Source of the DNA: a virus | Taxonomy: Duplodnaviria; Caudoviricetes | IMG/VR virus record: IMGVR_UViG_3300017589_000041 | Span: 1-42,962 of that record | Length of the DNA: 42,962 nucleotides | Reading direction: 5' to 3' (one strand) | In this document: positions 25,845 to 35,860 of the stretch, in pieces | Layout of the letters: each line of letters begins with the position of its first letter | Numbering within the stretch: position 1 is the first letter of the stretch | Made by a program: the position numbers and the translations under genes | Notes under the pieces: model-generated | Seen by the model: only the letters and a program-made list of their open reading frames with translations | Told to the model about the DNA's origin: nothing | Database searches by the model: none

Positions 25845-27349
25845 TGGATCCAAAAAAGAAAAGACAACAAAAAACACTTAGACAACAGGAAATCGTAAAT
25901 ACTGCACAGGCAGCAAGCAGAGACTTAAGTACAGAGGAACAAAGAGAGTTTGATACGCTACAAAGAGAGATTGAACAGTTAACAACTGAGATTGAGACAG
26001 CAGAAAGAGCTGCATCACAGGCAACAGAAAGTCAAAGAGCAGTCGAAGAAGAAAGAGCGAGAATTGCAGATATTACAAACCTTTGCCGTGAATTTGGAAT
26101 GGATACAGCAGACCATATTCAAAACGGAACTTCTGTAGAAGCCGTAAGGGCAGCAGTCATTGAACATATGAGAGCAACAGGAGCACCAGTCAATGTTCCT
26201 GGACGTGTGAATGTTGGTTCTGATGCAGGTGACAAATTCAGAACAGCAGCAGCAGATGCACTTATTATGAGAAGTGGAATTGCTTTAGTAACTCCAGCTG
26301 AAGGTGCTAGAGAATTAATGGGAATGAGTCTTCGTGATTTAGCAATTGAAACATTGCAAAACGATGGAATATCAAACCTAAACAGACGATCAAACGATGA
26401 AATATATGGAATGATGTGTAGACAGTTTTACAATCCAACAGCAGCGTTCCCAAGTATCTTGGATGCAGCAATCAATAAGTCCTATGTAGAGGGTCACAGA
26501 ACCGCACCTGTTACATTTGACCAATGGACAACAAAAGGTACCCTGAAAGACTTTAAGACCGTTGAAAACAGATATTTAGCAGGTCCTGCCGGTGAATTTT
26601 TAGAAGTTCCAGAAGGTTCTGAACTAAAGCATGACCTACCAACGGATGAGAAATTGCCACAAAGAAAATTAAAAACTTATGGCCGCCAATTTACTATGAC
26701 CAGACAAGCATTCATCAATGATGATATTGATTTCTTAGGTAAGATTCCTGCTAAGTATGCTGCCTCTGCTCGTAAAACACAGAATAAGCAAGTATATGAA
26801 ATTATGGTTAAGAACCCTGCAGTTTACGACGGAACCGCACTATTTAGTGTAGCACATAAGAATGTAATTGCTACTGGGACTGGAATAACAGCAGAAGCAC
26901 TTCAAAAAATCTTTATGGCATTACAATTGCAGACAAATCCATTTGGTGAAGCAATTATCATCAGACCTAGCTACATTGTTGTTCCAGTGGGGTATGCATT
27001 TACCATGTATACCATCTTAGAAAGTCCTACGGTTAATACAGCAAGCAATACGCAGGCAGCTAACCCTCTTTATCGTTATAAGAATCAAATCGTTGTAGTT
27101 GAGGATGCAACTATCAATGCATTATGTGGAACTGGAGCAATGCCATGGTTTGTAGTTGGCGATAAAACAGATACAGACTTCATTCAAGTAGATTATTTGA
27201 ATGGTCAAGAAATCCCAACCATTAGAAGAATGGAAACACCGGGACAACTTGGATTTGTATGGGATATTTATCTAGACTGGGGTATCTCAGTAATGGATTG
27301 GAGAGGCGCTATTAAGAATCCGGGTACAACATTAAACCTAGGATTATAG
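25844..27349 (+). CDS. major capsid protein with N-terminal coiled-coil scaffold region
   Basis: TYGRQFTMTRQAFINDD, LFS..HKN; follows protease. Confidence 0.88.
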   Translation: MDPKKKRQQKTLRQQEIVNTAQAASRDLSTEEQREFDTLQREIEQLTTEIETAERAASQATESQRAVEEERARIADITNLCREFGMDTADHIQNGTSVEAVRAAVIEHMRATGAPVNVPGRVNVGSDAGDKFRTAAADALIMRSGIALVTPAEGARELMGMSLRDLAIETLQNDGISNLNRRSNDEIYGMMCRQFYNPTAAFPSILDAAINKSYVEGHRTAPVTFDQWTTKGTLKDFKTVENRYLAGPAGEFLEVPEGSELKHDLPTDEKLPQRKLKTYGRQFTMTRQAFINDDIDFLGKIPAKYAASARKTQNKQVYEIMVKNPAVYDGTALFSVAHKNVIATGTGITAEALQKIFMALQLQTNPFGEAIIIRPSYIVVPVGYAFTMYTILESPTVNTASNTQAANPLYRYKNQIVVVEDATINALCGTGAMPWFVVGDKTDTDFIQVDYLNGQEIPTIRRMETPGQLGFVWDIYLDWGISVMDWRGAIKNPGTTLNLGL

Positions 27350-27368
27350 TTGGAAGGAGAAGCAAATT

Positions 27369-27698
27369 ATGAGTAAAGCAGCATATTGGCAAAGAGGGGA
27401 AACCCTAGATTATAGAAATAACACTGCTTCTATCATAGAAGCAAATACAGTCATTAAAATTGGAACACGAATTGGTGTAGCAGGAACACAGATCAATCCA
27501 TCAGAGGTTGGTTCGCTTCATGTGACTGGAGTGTTTGAAATGGATAAGGCAGCAGCAGAAGCGATTACGATGGGTACCGTTGTATATTTCACTGGAACCG
27601 TAATTACAGCGACTGCAACAAATAATACACAAACAGGATATGCAGCAGCAGATGCAGTAGCAGCAGATGCAACTATCCTAGTAAAATTATTAGGATAG
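27369..27698 (+). CDS. DUF2190-like capsid cement protein
   Basis: Q.GETLDY, GSLHVTGVF, GTVVYF. Confidence 0.75.
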   Translation: MSKAAYWQRGETLDYRNNTASIIEANTVIKIGTRIGVAGTQINPSEVGSLHVTGVFEMDKAAAEAITMGTVVYFTGTVITATATNNTQTGYAAADAVAADATILVKLLG

Positions 27699-27708
27699 GA
27701 GTGATGAT

Positions 27709-27972
27709 ATGAAACTGATAGCAACATATCCGATTTTATACCAGTCAAGGCAATACCGAGTAGGAGAAGAAATACCTGCTAACAACGAAGAAATGGTAAG
27801 TGCCTGGACTGAAGCTGGAACCGCTGAGTGGCAAGAAGAAAAAGAAAAAAGTATTACAGCTAAACCTGTTACTGCGCAAGCAGGTTTAGCAGGTTTAGCT
27901 GTGGGTTCCGAATTAGAAGATAACCTAGCAGGAGTAGTACCAAAAACTCCTGGAAGAAGAAAACCTAAATAA
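27709..27972 (+). CDS. virion morphogenesis hypothetical protein
   Basis: synteny; AGGAGTGA SD. Confidence 0.65.
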   Translation: MKLIATYPILYQSRQYRVGEEIPANNEEMVSAWTEAGTAEWQEEKEKSITAKPVTAQAGLAGLAVGSELEDNLAGVVPKTPGRRKPK

Positions 27973-27973
27973 A

Positions 27974-28306
27974 ATGATAAAACGAACATTTAAGGAACTT
28001 GTGCAGGCAGATATCAGTAACACGTTCATGAATAAAGAAGAATTTTCTGATATTCATATGATAGATGGAAAACAGATGACAGTGACCATCGATAACAACG
28101 AACATATCGAACGGGAAAAGAGATACAACCGCACCATGGATGGAATCTATGTCAAACAAATTCTAATTTACGTCAGCAAGGCAGAATACGGACAGCTTCC
28201 GGCATTTGGTAAGCAATTGGTACTAGATGAGAAGCGGTACCGTGTAGCTGATGCGATTGATGAAGATGGTTTGTATTCCATAACACTGGAGGCGAATAAG
28301 AGTTGA
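27974..28306 (+). CDS. head-tail adaptor (FII-like)
   Basis: TF.N.EEFSD.H.IDG pattern; synteny. Confidence 0.65.
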   Translation: MIKRTFKELVQADISNTFMNKEEFSDIHMIDGKQMTVTIDNNEHIEREKRYNRTMDGIYVKQILIYVSKAEYGQLPAFGKQLVLDEKRYRVADAIDEDGLYSITLEANKS

Positions 28307-28884
28307 TAAAAATTGAAGTCGATAAGGTCATGATTCAAGCAATTGAAAAAAAACTGAATACCATGGGAAATAAAACACCAGAAGTCTTAAAGAAGGCTTT
28401 AAATGAAACTGCAAAGCAGGGAAGAAAACAGCTTGCTATTGAAGCCCAAAAGACATATGTAATTAAGAGTGGAAGATTTAATAAGGCAATGACAGTTAAA
28501 AACGCAACCAAGGGAAATTTAGAGGCTGTCATTGGATCCACTGGAGAAGTGACCGAACTAAAAGATTTCAAGGTATCACCTTCTAAATTTGCTACTGGTG
28601 AGAAAAGACCTGAAATTGTAAAAGCAAAAGGTTTAAAAAATAACAGTTTAAAAGCATTGCAAAAAGGAGACCTGAAGGCATTTGTTACTCGATTTGCAAG
28701 CGGACATGTAGCTGTAGTGCAAAGAAGAGGAAAAGCTCGACTACCATTAAAAAAATTACTCAGTCCTTCCATTCCCAAAATGCTTGGAAATGAGGAAAAG
28801 GTGTATGGAATAGTAGAACCTGATCTATTAAAAAACCTACAGAAAAACCTAAATAAATATATAGCTAAAACATTGGAGGGATGA
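28303..28884 (+). CDS. minor tail protein Z-like
   Basis: KALNETA, GHVAVVQR.GKARLPLKKL.SPSIP. Confidence 0.75.
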   Translation: MIKIEVDKVMIQAIEKKLNTMGNKTPEVLKKALNETAKQGRKQLAIEAQKTYVIKSGRFNKAMTVKNATKGNLEAVIGSTGEVTELKDFKVSPSKFATGEKRPEIVKAKGLKNNSLKALQKGDLKAFVTRFASGHVAVVQRRGKARLPLKKLLSPSIPKMLGNEEKVYGIVEPDLLKNLQKNLNKYIAKTLEG

Positions 28885-28887
28885 TAA

Positions 28888-29394
28888 ATGACTGCATATG
28901 AACTTCAAGATGATTTGAAAACAGAATTAAAATCTATTTTTAAAGGATTTCAATTAATGACACCTTTTCTTGATGAAACAAGGAAACCAAAGATGTCAGA
29001 ACCAAATGTGTTTGAACAGAGCTTACCAATAAGAGAAAATGATGAGCTAGATAACGAGCAAGATGACGATCCATTCCCCTATATAATAATTCGAGTAGAT
29101 TCTGGAAGCATTGCCGGAGAATCATCCCACGATGTGAAATTGAGAATGATAATTGGGACTTATGATGAGAGTTTAGAAACAAATGGCCATAAAGACATTC
29201 TAAACATCATTCATAAAATTTATGAAAGATTTGAGAAAAACCCAGTGCTTGCTGAAAAATATGTAATGCAAGATAATTTGGAACATCCATTCAACTGGGC
29301 TTTGCAGGAAGAGGATACCTATCCATATTACTTTGGAGCCATAGAATCAACCTGGGCGACTACAGCAATAAGAAGGGAGAACAAATATACATGA
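28888..29394 (+). CDS. tail terminator-like protein
   Basis: FPYIIIR motif; synteny. Confidence 0.6.
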   Translation: MTAYELQDDLKTELKSIFKGFQLMTPFLDETRKPKMSEPNVFEQSLPIRENDELDNEQDDDPFPYIIIRVDSGSIAGESSHDVKLRMIIGTYDESLETNGHKDILNIIHKIYERFEKNPVLAEKYVMQDNLEHPFNWALQEEDTYPYYFGAIESTWATTAIRRENKYT

Positions 29395-29714
29395 GCACAA
29401 AAAAATCAAGTATTGATGAAACTGAAATTATAGAAACAATAGTAGAGAAAATAGCAGAACCTATGGCAAGTGAAAAAGAATCCATGGTATATGTTGGACC
29501 AACGATCAATGGAGTAGCAGTACAATATACCGTTTATAACAATGGAATATCCGCTGAACTAAAAACAGCAATCGAAGCAATGCCTGTCATTGGAAACTTA
29601 ATAGTCCCAATAACAAAATTGTCGAGTACAATGCAAAACTTATCAAATCATCAAGGTGCAATGCACATTCAATTTGAGAAAGCAAAACAATATAAACCCA
29701 AGAAAGGGGAATAA
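29391..29714 (+). CDS. hypothetical protein preceding sheath
   Basis: VYVGPTI motif; synteny. Confidence 0.65.
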   Translation: MSTKKSSIDETEIIETIVEKIAEPMASEKESMVYVGPTINGVAVQYTVYNNGISAELKTAIEAMPVIGNLIVPITKLSSTMQNLSNHQGAMHIQFEKAKQYKPKKGE

Positions 29715-29717
29715 TCA

Positions 29718-31175
29718 ATGTATTATAATCATGGAGTTAGAGTTCTGGAAAACCCAACCAGTATTCCAGTACCAATAACAGGAACAGCAGCGTTACAGGT
29801 TATATTCGGAACAGCGCCAATTAACTTGGCAACAGACCCATACGGGGCAACGAACAAATTAGTAATCGCATACAGCTATGCAGAGGCAGTAGCACAGCTT
29901 GGGTACAGTGAAGACTTTGAAAAATATACACTATGCCAGAGCATAGATGCATGTTTTAAAGTTTTTAATGTAGCACCAATTATTTTATGTAATGTTCTTG
30001 ATCCAACTACTCATAAAATCGCAATCACAGAGGCAGCATATCCAGTTGTTGACCTACAAGCAACTATTAATATTCAAGGAGTGCTTCTTGATAAGCTGGT
30101 AGTTAAAAATGCTACAGTAGCATTAGTGGTAGATAAAGATTATATCACATCATTTGATACTGCTGGATATGCCGTAATCACGTTATTAGTAAGCGGTACT
30201 GCAGCAACAGCAATAAGCCTTACAGTCAGTGGCGTAAAAATTGATCCATCCCTTGTACTGGAAACACACGTAATTGGTGGATATGATGTAGCGACAGGGA
30301 AAGAAACCGGACTTGAATTGGTCAGACAAGTATATCCTAAGTTCGGATTAACACCTGGACTCATATTAGCACCAGGATGGAGTCATAAACCAAGTGTAGG
30401 AGCAGTAATAGCAGCAAAATGTACGAACATTAATGGTTCATTCTCTTGCGAATCTATTCTTGACTTAGACTGTTCTGCGACAGGTGCTAAAAAATATACG
30501 GATTGTGCTGCTATTAAAGTTAGCAGTGGATTTACGAATAAACATTCTATCGTCTTATGGCCAAAGGTTAAGATTGGCGCAAAGATATATGCATACTCTG
30601 CGATTTATGGCGCATTAGTGGCATATACCGATGCATCAAACGGGGACGTTCCTAATCTTTCACCATCCAATAAATTACTCGGTGTTGGAGGAGCTGTGCT
30701 TGCAGATGGTGTGACAGAAATAACACTTGATCAACAGCAGGCAAACTCCTTAAATGGTCAAGGCATAGTTACAGCACTTAACATGAACGGATGGAAAGCA
30801 TGGGGAAACAATACGGCATGCTATCCAAGTAACACAGACCCAAAGGACAGATGGATTAGTTGTCGCCGTTTCTTCTCTTGGTGGGGGAATAGTTTTATTC
30901 TTACTTATATGAGTAAAGTGGATGATCCTGCAAATTACCGATTAATCGAAGCAATCTGTGATGCAGAAAACATCAGAGGAAATAGTTATGTATCACAAGG
31001 AAAATGCGCCGGCGCAAAAATCGTATTCCTTGCAGATGATAATCCAATTACGGATGTATTGAATGGAAAAATTCAATTCAAGCAATACTTGGCACCATAC
31101 ACTCCTGCCGAGGACATTCTCAATGTTTTAGAGTTTGATCCCGACATGATAACAGCAGCACTTGGAGGTGAATAA
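29718..31175 (+). CDS. contractile tail sheath protein (P2 FI-like)
   Basis: HGVRV.E, GTAP, LAPG, WGN.T, PYTPAE. Confidence 0.92.
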   Translation: MYYNHGVRVLENPTSIPVPITGTAALQVIFGTAPINLATDPYGATNKLVIAYSYAEAVAQLGYSEDFEKYTLCQSIDACFKVFNVAPIILCNVLDPTTHKIAITEAAYPVVDLQATINIQGVLLDKLVVKNATVALVVDKDYITSFDTAGYAVITLLVSGTAATAISLTVSGVKIDPSLVLETHVIGGYDVATGKETGLELVRQVYPKFGLTPGLILAPGWSHKPSVGAVIAAKCTNINGSFSCESILDLDCSATGAKKYTDCAAIKVSSGFTNKHSIVLWPKVKIGAKIYAYSAIYGALVAYTDASNGDVPNLSPSNKLLGVGGAVLADGVTEITLDQQQANSLNGQGIVTALNMNGWKAWGNNTACYPSNTDPKDRWISCRRFFSWWGNSFILTYMSKVDDPANYRLIEAICDAENIRGNSYVSQGKCAGAKIVFLADDNPITDVLNGKIQFKQYLAPYTPAEDILNVLEFDPDMITAALGGE

Positions 31176-31177
31176 GA

Positions 31178-31702
31178 ATGTCAACAACAGGAATTCCAGA
31201 AGTAGTTCACAGTTACAACGTTTACAAAAGCGGATATCAATTGATTGGTTTAACAGGAGAAGTAACACTACCAGATTTTGATGCCATGACAGAAACGGTC
31301 AGTGGCGCAGGTATCCTAGGTGAATACGACGAAGTAATCATCGGTATGTTTGGAAGTATGGAACAAGAGATTCCATTTAGAGTATTGGATGAAGATATTT
31401 TCACCTTAATGAATCCAATGGAAGTATTGGATTTAACGCTTAGAGCTTCCGAACAGTTCACGGAAAAAAGCACTGGAGCAATTGATTTTAAGGGTATGAG
31501 AGTTGTGATTAGGGGTAAACAAAAGAAGTTCAAGCCAGGAAAGGTGAAGAACGGAGCGCAGATGGATGCATCCGTCACAATTGAAGTAGTTTATATTTTA
31601 ATTGAGGTTGACGGAATGACAAAAGTAGAACTTGATAAACTAAACTTCGTATACAAGGTAAACGGAGTTGACTTATTGGCGAAAGTGAGGAAACAGTGCT
31701 AA
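31178..31702 (+). CDS. tail tube protein (P2 FII-like)
   Basis: EVTLP..GAGILG, ELDKLN...VNGVD. Confidence 0.9.
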   Translation: MSTTGIPEVVHSYNVYKSGYQLIGLTGEVTLPDFDAMTETVSGAGILGEYDEVIIGMFGSMEQEIPFRVLDEDIFTLMNPMEVLDLTLRASEQFTEKSTGAIDFKGMRVVIRGKQKKFKPGKVKNGAQMDASVTIEVVYILIEVDGMTKVELDKLNFVYKVNGVDLLAKVRKQC

Positions 31703-32052
31703 TGGAGAAAAATATAACAGAAGTATCAGAAGTTATCAGTACGAAGGGTGAGGTTATAGAAAACGATTATATCATTGTATTTAGAAAACCATATACATTT
31801 GATGAAGAAGAATACAATCAAATAGACCTAAGTGGTCTTGATGACTTGAAAGCATCTGATATGATAGCTGCCAACAAGACAATGGAACGATCTGGTTCAA
31901 CATCATTCCTTCCTGAAATGTCCTTACAATATGCATGTATCATTGCAGGAAAAGCAACTAAACTTCCAGTAGAGTTTTTTAATGGACTTCATCCCAAGGA
32001 TGCAGTTAAAGTAAAGAATAAGGTAGTGTCTTTTTTCTACGGACAGGACTAA
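31702..32052 (+). CDS. tail assembly chaperone (E/41/14-like), extended to 32234 by a probable -1 frameshift
   Basis: position before tape measure; T TTT TTC at 32031-32037 with open -1 frame. Confidence 0.85.
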   Translation: MEKNITEVSEVISTKGEVIENDYIIVFRKPYTFDEEEYNQIDLSGLDDLKASDMIAANKTMERSGSTSFLPEMSLQYACIIAGKATKLPVEFFNGLHPKDAVKVKNKVVSFFYGQD

Positions 32053-32181
32053 GCCCTGCCGATGGAGATAACATCCGAAAGTTATCAATACGACTATCAC
32101 TAACACTTAAGACAGGTCTTGACTACATACAAGACCTGTCTATTTTTGAGTTAAGGGAAGTGGCAAAGGAGGTAGCGGATA

Positions 32182-35100
32182 TTGGCAAAGAGCAAAGAGT
32201 ACGAACTGGCGATAAAAATCGCAGGAGAAATTGAGAAATCATTTTATAGTAGTACAAAATTAACAAAAAAAGAGTTGGACAGTATTGCAAAAACAGCAGC
32301 TACAGCTTCAAACGGAGTAGGTAGCTCGTTTACTACTGGATTTGATAAAGCAAGCGGTGGACTTGGAGCACTAAGCAAGGCAGCATCAAAAGCATTCGAC
32401 GTTGTGAAATCAGCAGCAGTGGTGGCGGCTACGGCAGTGGCAGCAATCGCCGCTGCTTCTCTTACATCAGGGATAGAATTTGAGTCAGCATTTGCTGGTG
32501 TAAAAAAGACAACAAATGCAACAAAAGCTGAATACGATGAACTAAGAGAAGGTATTATTGCAATGACAGATGTAATCCCTGCAACTGCAAGCGAAATAGC
32601 AGAGGTAGCAGAATCAGCTGGACAATTAGGAATTGCAAAAGAAAATCTTCTGGAATTCAGTAGAGTTATGATTGACCTTGGAGAATCCACCAACCTTACT
32701 GCAACCGATGCTGCTAGTGCAATAGCAAAGTTTGCTAATATAACTGGTATGGGAACAGATGAATACGATAACCTTGGTTCTACCATCGTTGCACTTGGTA
32801 ATAATTTCGCAACAACAGAAGCAGATATCGTTAACATGGCAACGAAACTGGCTGCCAGTGGTGAGCTTGCAGGATTAAGTGAATCACAAATCATGGCTCT
32901 ATCAACTTCAATGTCATCAGTCGGAATAGAGGCAGAGGCAGGTGGTTCGGCAATGAGTAAATTACTTAAAAATATGCAGGTATCCGTTGAAACAGGAGGC
33001 GGATTATTAAAAGACTTTGCATCTGTTGCAAATATGTCAGCAAAAGAATTTCAAACTAAATTTGGAGAAGACGCAGTCGGAGCATTATCATCTTTTATAG
33101 ATGGACTTGATGATGTGAAAAGAAATGGTAAATCAGCGACTGTTATTTTAGATGATATGGGACTTACAGAAGTAAGATTATCAAATATGATATTAAGCCT
33201 TGCAAATGCAGACGGATTAATGACGGATGCTCTCACTTTATCGAACGAAGCATGGGAAGAAAATACAGCACTTACCAATGAGGCAGCACAAAGATACGCA
33301 ACAACAGAAAGTAAAATAAGTATTTTCAAAAACGGTTTAAAAGGATTAGGAATACGTATTTTCGATGAAATAAGTAAACCACTGCAAGAAGGAATTAGTA
33401 CTGCAACCAATTTTGTTGGAGATTTGACCGACAATGTTTTACCTACTATGGTAAGCGCATTTAGTAAAAATTTACCCACTGTTATCAGGAATGTAAAAAA
33501 ATTCACAGGAGCATTTTTAGAGTTTGCAGAACCGGTTCTATCTCTTGGAAAATGGTTAATTAAGAATCCAAATGTTATTGTTTCTACGTTAGTAGGTATT
33601 GGAGCAACCATTGCCTCTTATAAACTGGCTACAACCATCATGTCAGTAGCAAGTGCAATTTCTGCATTGACACCAGCTGGAGCAACCATATTAGGAATAT
33701 CTGCAGCAATAGCAGCAGTAGCCGGTATTACATCTTATTTTTCAATGATTGAAACCAATATGGCAAAGCAAAACCTTGCCGAACACTTTGGAGATATAAC
33801 CCTATCGATGGGTGAACTAGAAGATGCAGCAAAACACATTATTGGATCTAACTACTTTGGACAAATAGACGATTTGATGGCAGCAGTAAGTCTATCAGAT
33901 GGTTTTTTAAGTGGAATGAAAGAAGCACAAGACGAAATCAATAAAATGCATTGGAAGTTTTCAGTCGTACTGAATATTTCTGAGGAAGATTTAGCTAATT
34001 ATGCGGAATCTGCAGGGCAGTATGTGAAGAATGCACAGGATTATATTACAAACCAAGGATATACCGTTTCCATAGCAACAACGCTTTTACTAGGAAATTC
34101 AGAAGGTACAAACGTGATGAATGCGGAAAACAACGCTTTTTATGCTTCGCTTTCTAGCAGTGCGGACGCATTAGGAAAAGAGTTGAACACGATATTACAA
34201 GAGTCACTCGATAGTGGACTGACGATTGATACAGAAAAAAAGGTAACAGAGATACTGAGTCAAATTGATGAAATTACTAATTTGGTAGCACAAGCAGATT
34301 CAGATGCAGCCTTCCAAATGATAGAAATTCAATTTTCAGGAAAAGATTTAGATGCAGATACATACCAAAACTTACAAACATCTATTTCAGAATATACGGA
34401 TCAAACAATTGCCGGTGCAAATACAGCATTACAGGAGTCGTTGAAATCAATCAATGCTCAATTACAATTTGGGTCGATTACGCAAGGCGAATATGATACA
34501 AAGAAACAAGAATACGTAAGCGGATACTATGAGCTACAGGCTAATGCCATATTAAAGGGATATAATTTCATGAAAAATACCATAACAGACACATATGGTA
34601 CTGAAATTGAACCGGCTATGGATGCAGTTAACAAGGCTATGGAAAACAAAATATCTGAGGTCATGACAAATAAAGATTGGTGGAATACTTATTCTGCACC
34701 AGAAGATTGGACAAATGCTTTAAATATTGTTGCAATGGAAGCCCTAGGAGCAAGTAATCTAAGTAAAGAAGCAGAGAATGCCGTTAAAATGTTATTGGAT
34801 GGAATGAAGCCAACTGCAGAACAGCTCGCTACACTAAGTACTCAAATACAAGAAGCAGGAGGAACGGTACCAGATGGAATTGCAAAAGCAATGACAGATA
34901 CAAAAGCGTTATCTGTATTAACTGGTTCAGAATCTGCAATGTGGAAATTAATTGGTTCCTCACTTGGAAACAGCGAGGAATATGCAGTAGTTATTGAAGC
35001 TGCAAAACAAAATGGTGGAAATATAGCACAAGAAGTAATTGATTCTATGCGAGAAAAACAGCCAATGGCAGAGCAAACAGCAGAGGATTTACTGATGGCT

Positions 35101-35643
35101 GTAAAAAAATCTATGGGCGAAGGATTCGACGTGACTATCCCAATTGGAATAACTTATAAAACGGTATCTGATTACACAAAGTCAAATAGTCTTGATGGAC
35201 ATGCAGACGGTGGTATCTTTGATAAGCCTCACGTTGCATGGTTTGCAGAAGCAGGACCAGAAGCAGCGATACCACTTGACGGATCACAAAATGCGATAGG
35301 GTTATGGCAGAAAGTTGGTAAGTTATTAGGAGTTTATTCAAACGCCGAAAGCAGTGGAAGTGGAAAAGATTCGTTTACTTCCTTTGATTCAAATACTGGA
35401 AGCATACCAAGCAATGAAGATAATAGCTTCAGTTCATTATTAAATAAATTACAGATTGGTAATAAGAGTGAAAGTAAATCAAAAGCATCAAGTGGAAATA
35501 TTACCTATAGCCCAATTCTTAATTTTTACGGAGGAACACCAACCAAGGAAGATATAGTAGAAGCAAGCCGAACTTCACAAGATGAATTTGACGAAAAAAT
35601 GGAATATTGGATGTCACAAAAAGATCGACTAGGTTTTGCATAA
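32182..35643 (+). CDS. tail tape measure protein
   Basis: FESAFAGVKKT TP901-type core, Ala-rich; HADGGIF..AEAGPEA near C-terminus. Confidence 0.93.
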   Translation: MAKSKEYELAIKIAGEIEKSFYSSTKLTKKELDSIAKTAATASNGVGSSFTTGFDKASGGLGALSKAASKAFDVVKSAAVVAATAVAAIAAASLTSGIEFESAFAGVKKTTNATKAEYDELREGIIAMTDVIPATASEIAEVAESAGQLGIAKENLLEFSRVMIDLGESTNLTATDAASAIAKFANITGMGTDEYDNLGSTIVALGNNFATTEADIVNMATKLAASGELAGLSESQIMALSTSMSSVGIEAEAGGSAMSKLLKNMQVSVETGGGLLKDFASVANMSAKEFQTKFGEDAVGALSSFIDGLDDVKRNGKSATVILDDMGLTEVRLSNMILSLANADGLMTDALTLSNEAWEENTALTNEAAQRYATTESKISIFKNGLKGLGIRIFDEISKPLQEGISTATNFVGDLTDNVLPTMVSAFSKNLPTVIRNVKKFTGAFLEFAEPVLSLGKWLIKNPNVIVSTLVGIGATIASYKLATTIMSVASAISALTPAGATILGISAAIAAVAGITSYFSMIETNMAKQNLAEHFGDITLSMGELEDAAKHIIGSNYFGQIDDLMAAVSLSDGFLSGMKEAQDEINKMHWKFSVVLNISEEDLANYAESAGQYVKNAQDYITNQGYTVSIATTLLLGNSEGTNVMNAENNAFYASLSSSADALGKELNTILQESLDSGLTIDTEKKVTEILSQIDEITNLVAQADSDAAFQMIEIQFSGKDLDADTYQNLQTSISEYTDQTIAGANTALQESLKSINAQLQFGSITQGEYDTKKQEYVSGYYELQANAILKGYNFMKNTITDTYGTEIEPAMDAVNKAMENKISEVMTNKDWWNTYSAPEDWTNALNIVAMEALGASNLSKEAENAVKMLLDGMKPTAEQLATLSTQIQEAGGTVPDGIAKAMTDTKALSVLTGSESAMWKLIGSSLGNSEEYAVVIEAAKQNGGNIAQEVIDSMREKQPMAEQTAEDLLMAVKKSMGEGFDVTIPIGITYKTVSDYTKSNSLDGHADGGIFDKPHVAWFAEAGPEAAIPLDGSQNAIGLWQKVGKLLGVYSNAESSGSGKDSFTSFDSNTGSIPSNEDNSFSSLLNKLQIGNKSESKSKASSGNITYSPILNFYGGTPTKEDIVEASRTSQDEFDEKMEYWMSQKDRLGFA

Positions 35644-35660
35644 ATTAAGGTGGTGGGAAT

Positions 35661-35858
35661 ATGGCATATACAACAATCCAAGGTGATACTTGGGATATCA
35701 TTGCAAAAGAAGTATACGGAAAGGAAAAATATGCAGGATTTTTAATGGCAAATAATTTTCTTGAACTTGATACCTTCGTATTTCCGCAAGGAACCGTCCT
35801 AAACACTCCAGTGTTACCAGAGGAGCTGGACGGCGACCTGCCGCCATGGAGGGACTAA
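35661..35858 (+). CDS. tail protein X (P2 gpX-like)
   Basis: YTTIQGDTWD.IA..VYG...LPPW. Confidence 0.88.
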   Translation: MAYTTIQGDTWDIIAKEVYGKEKYAGFLMANNFLELDTFVFPQGTVLNTPVLPEELDGDLPPWRD

Positions 35859-35860
35859 AT

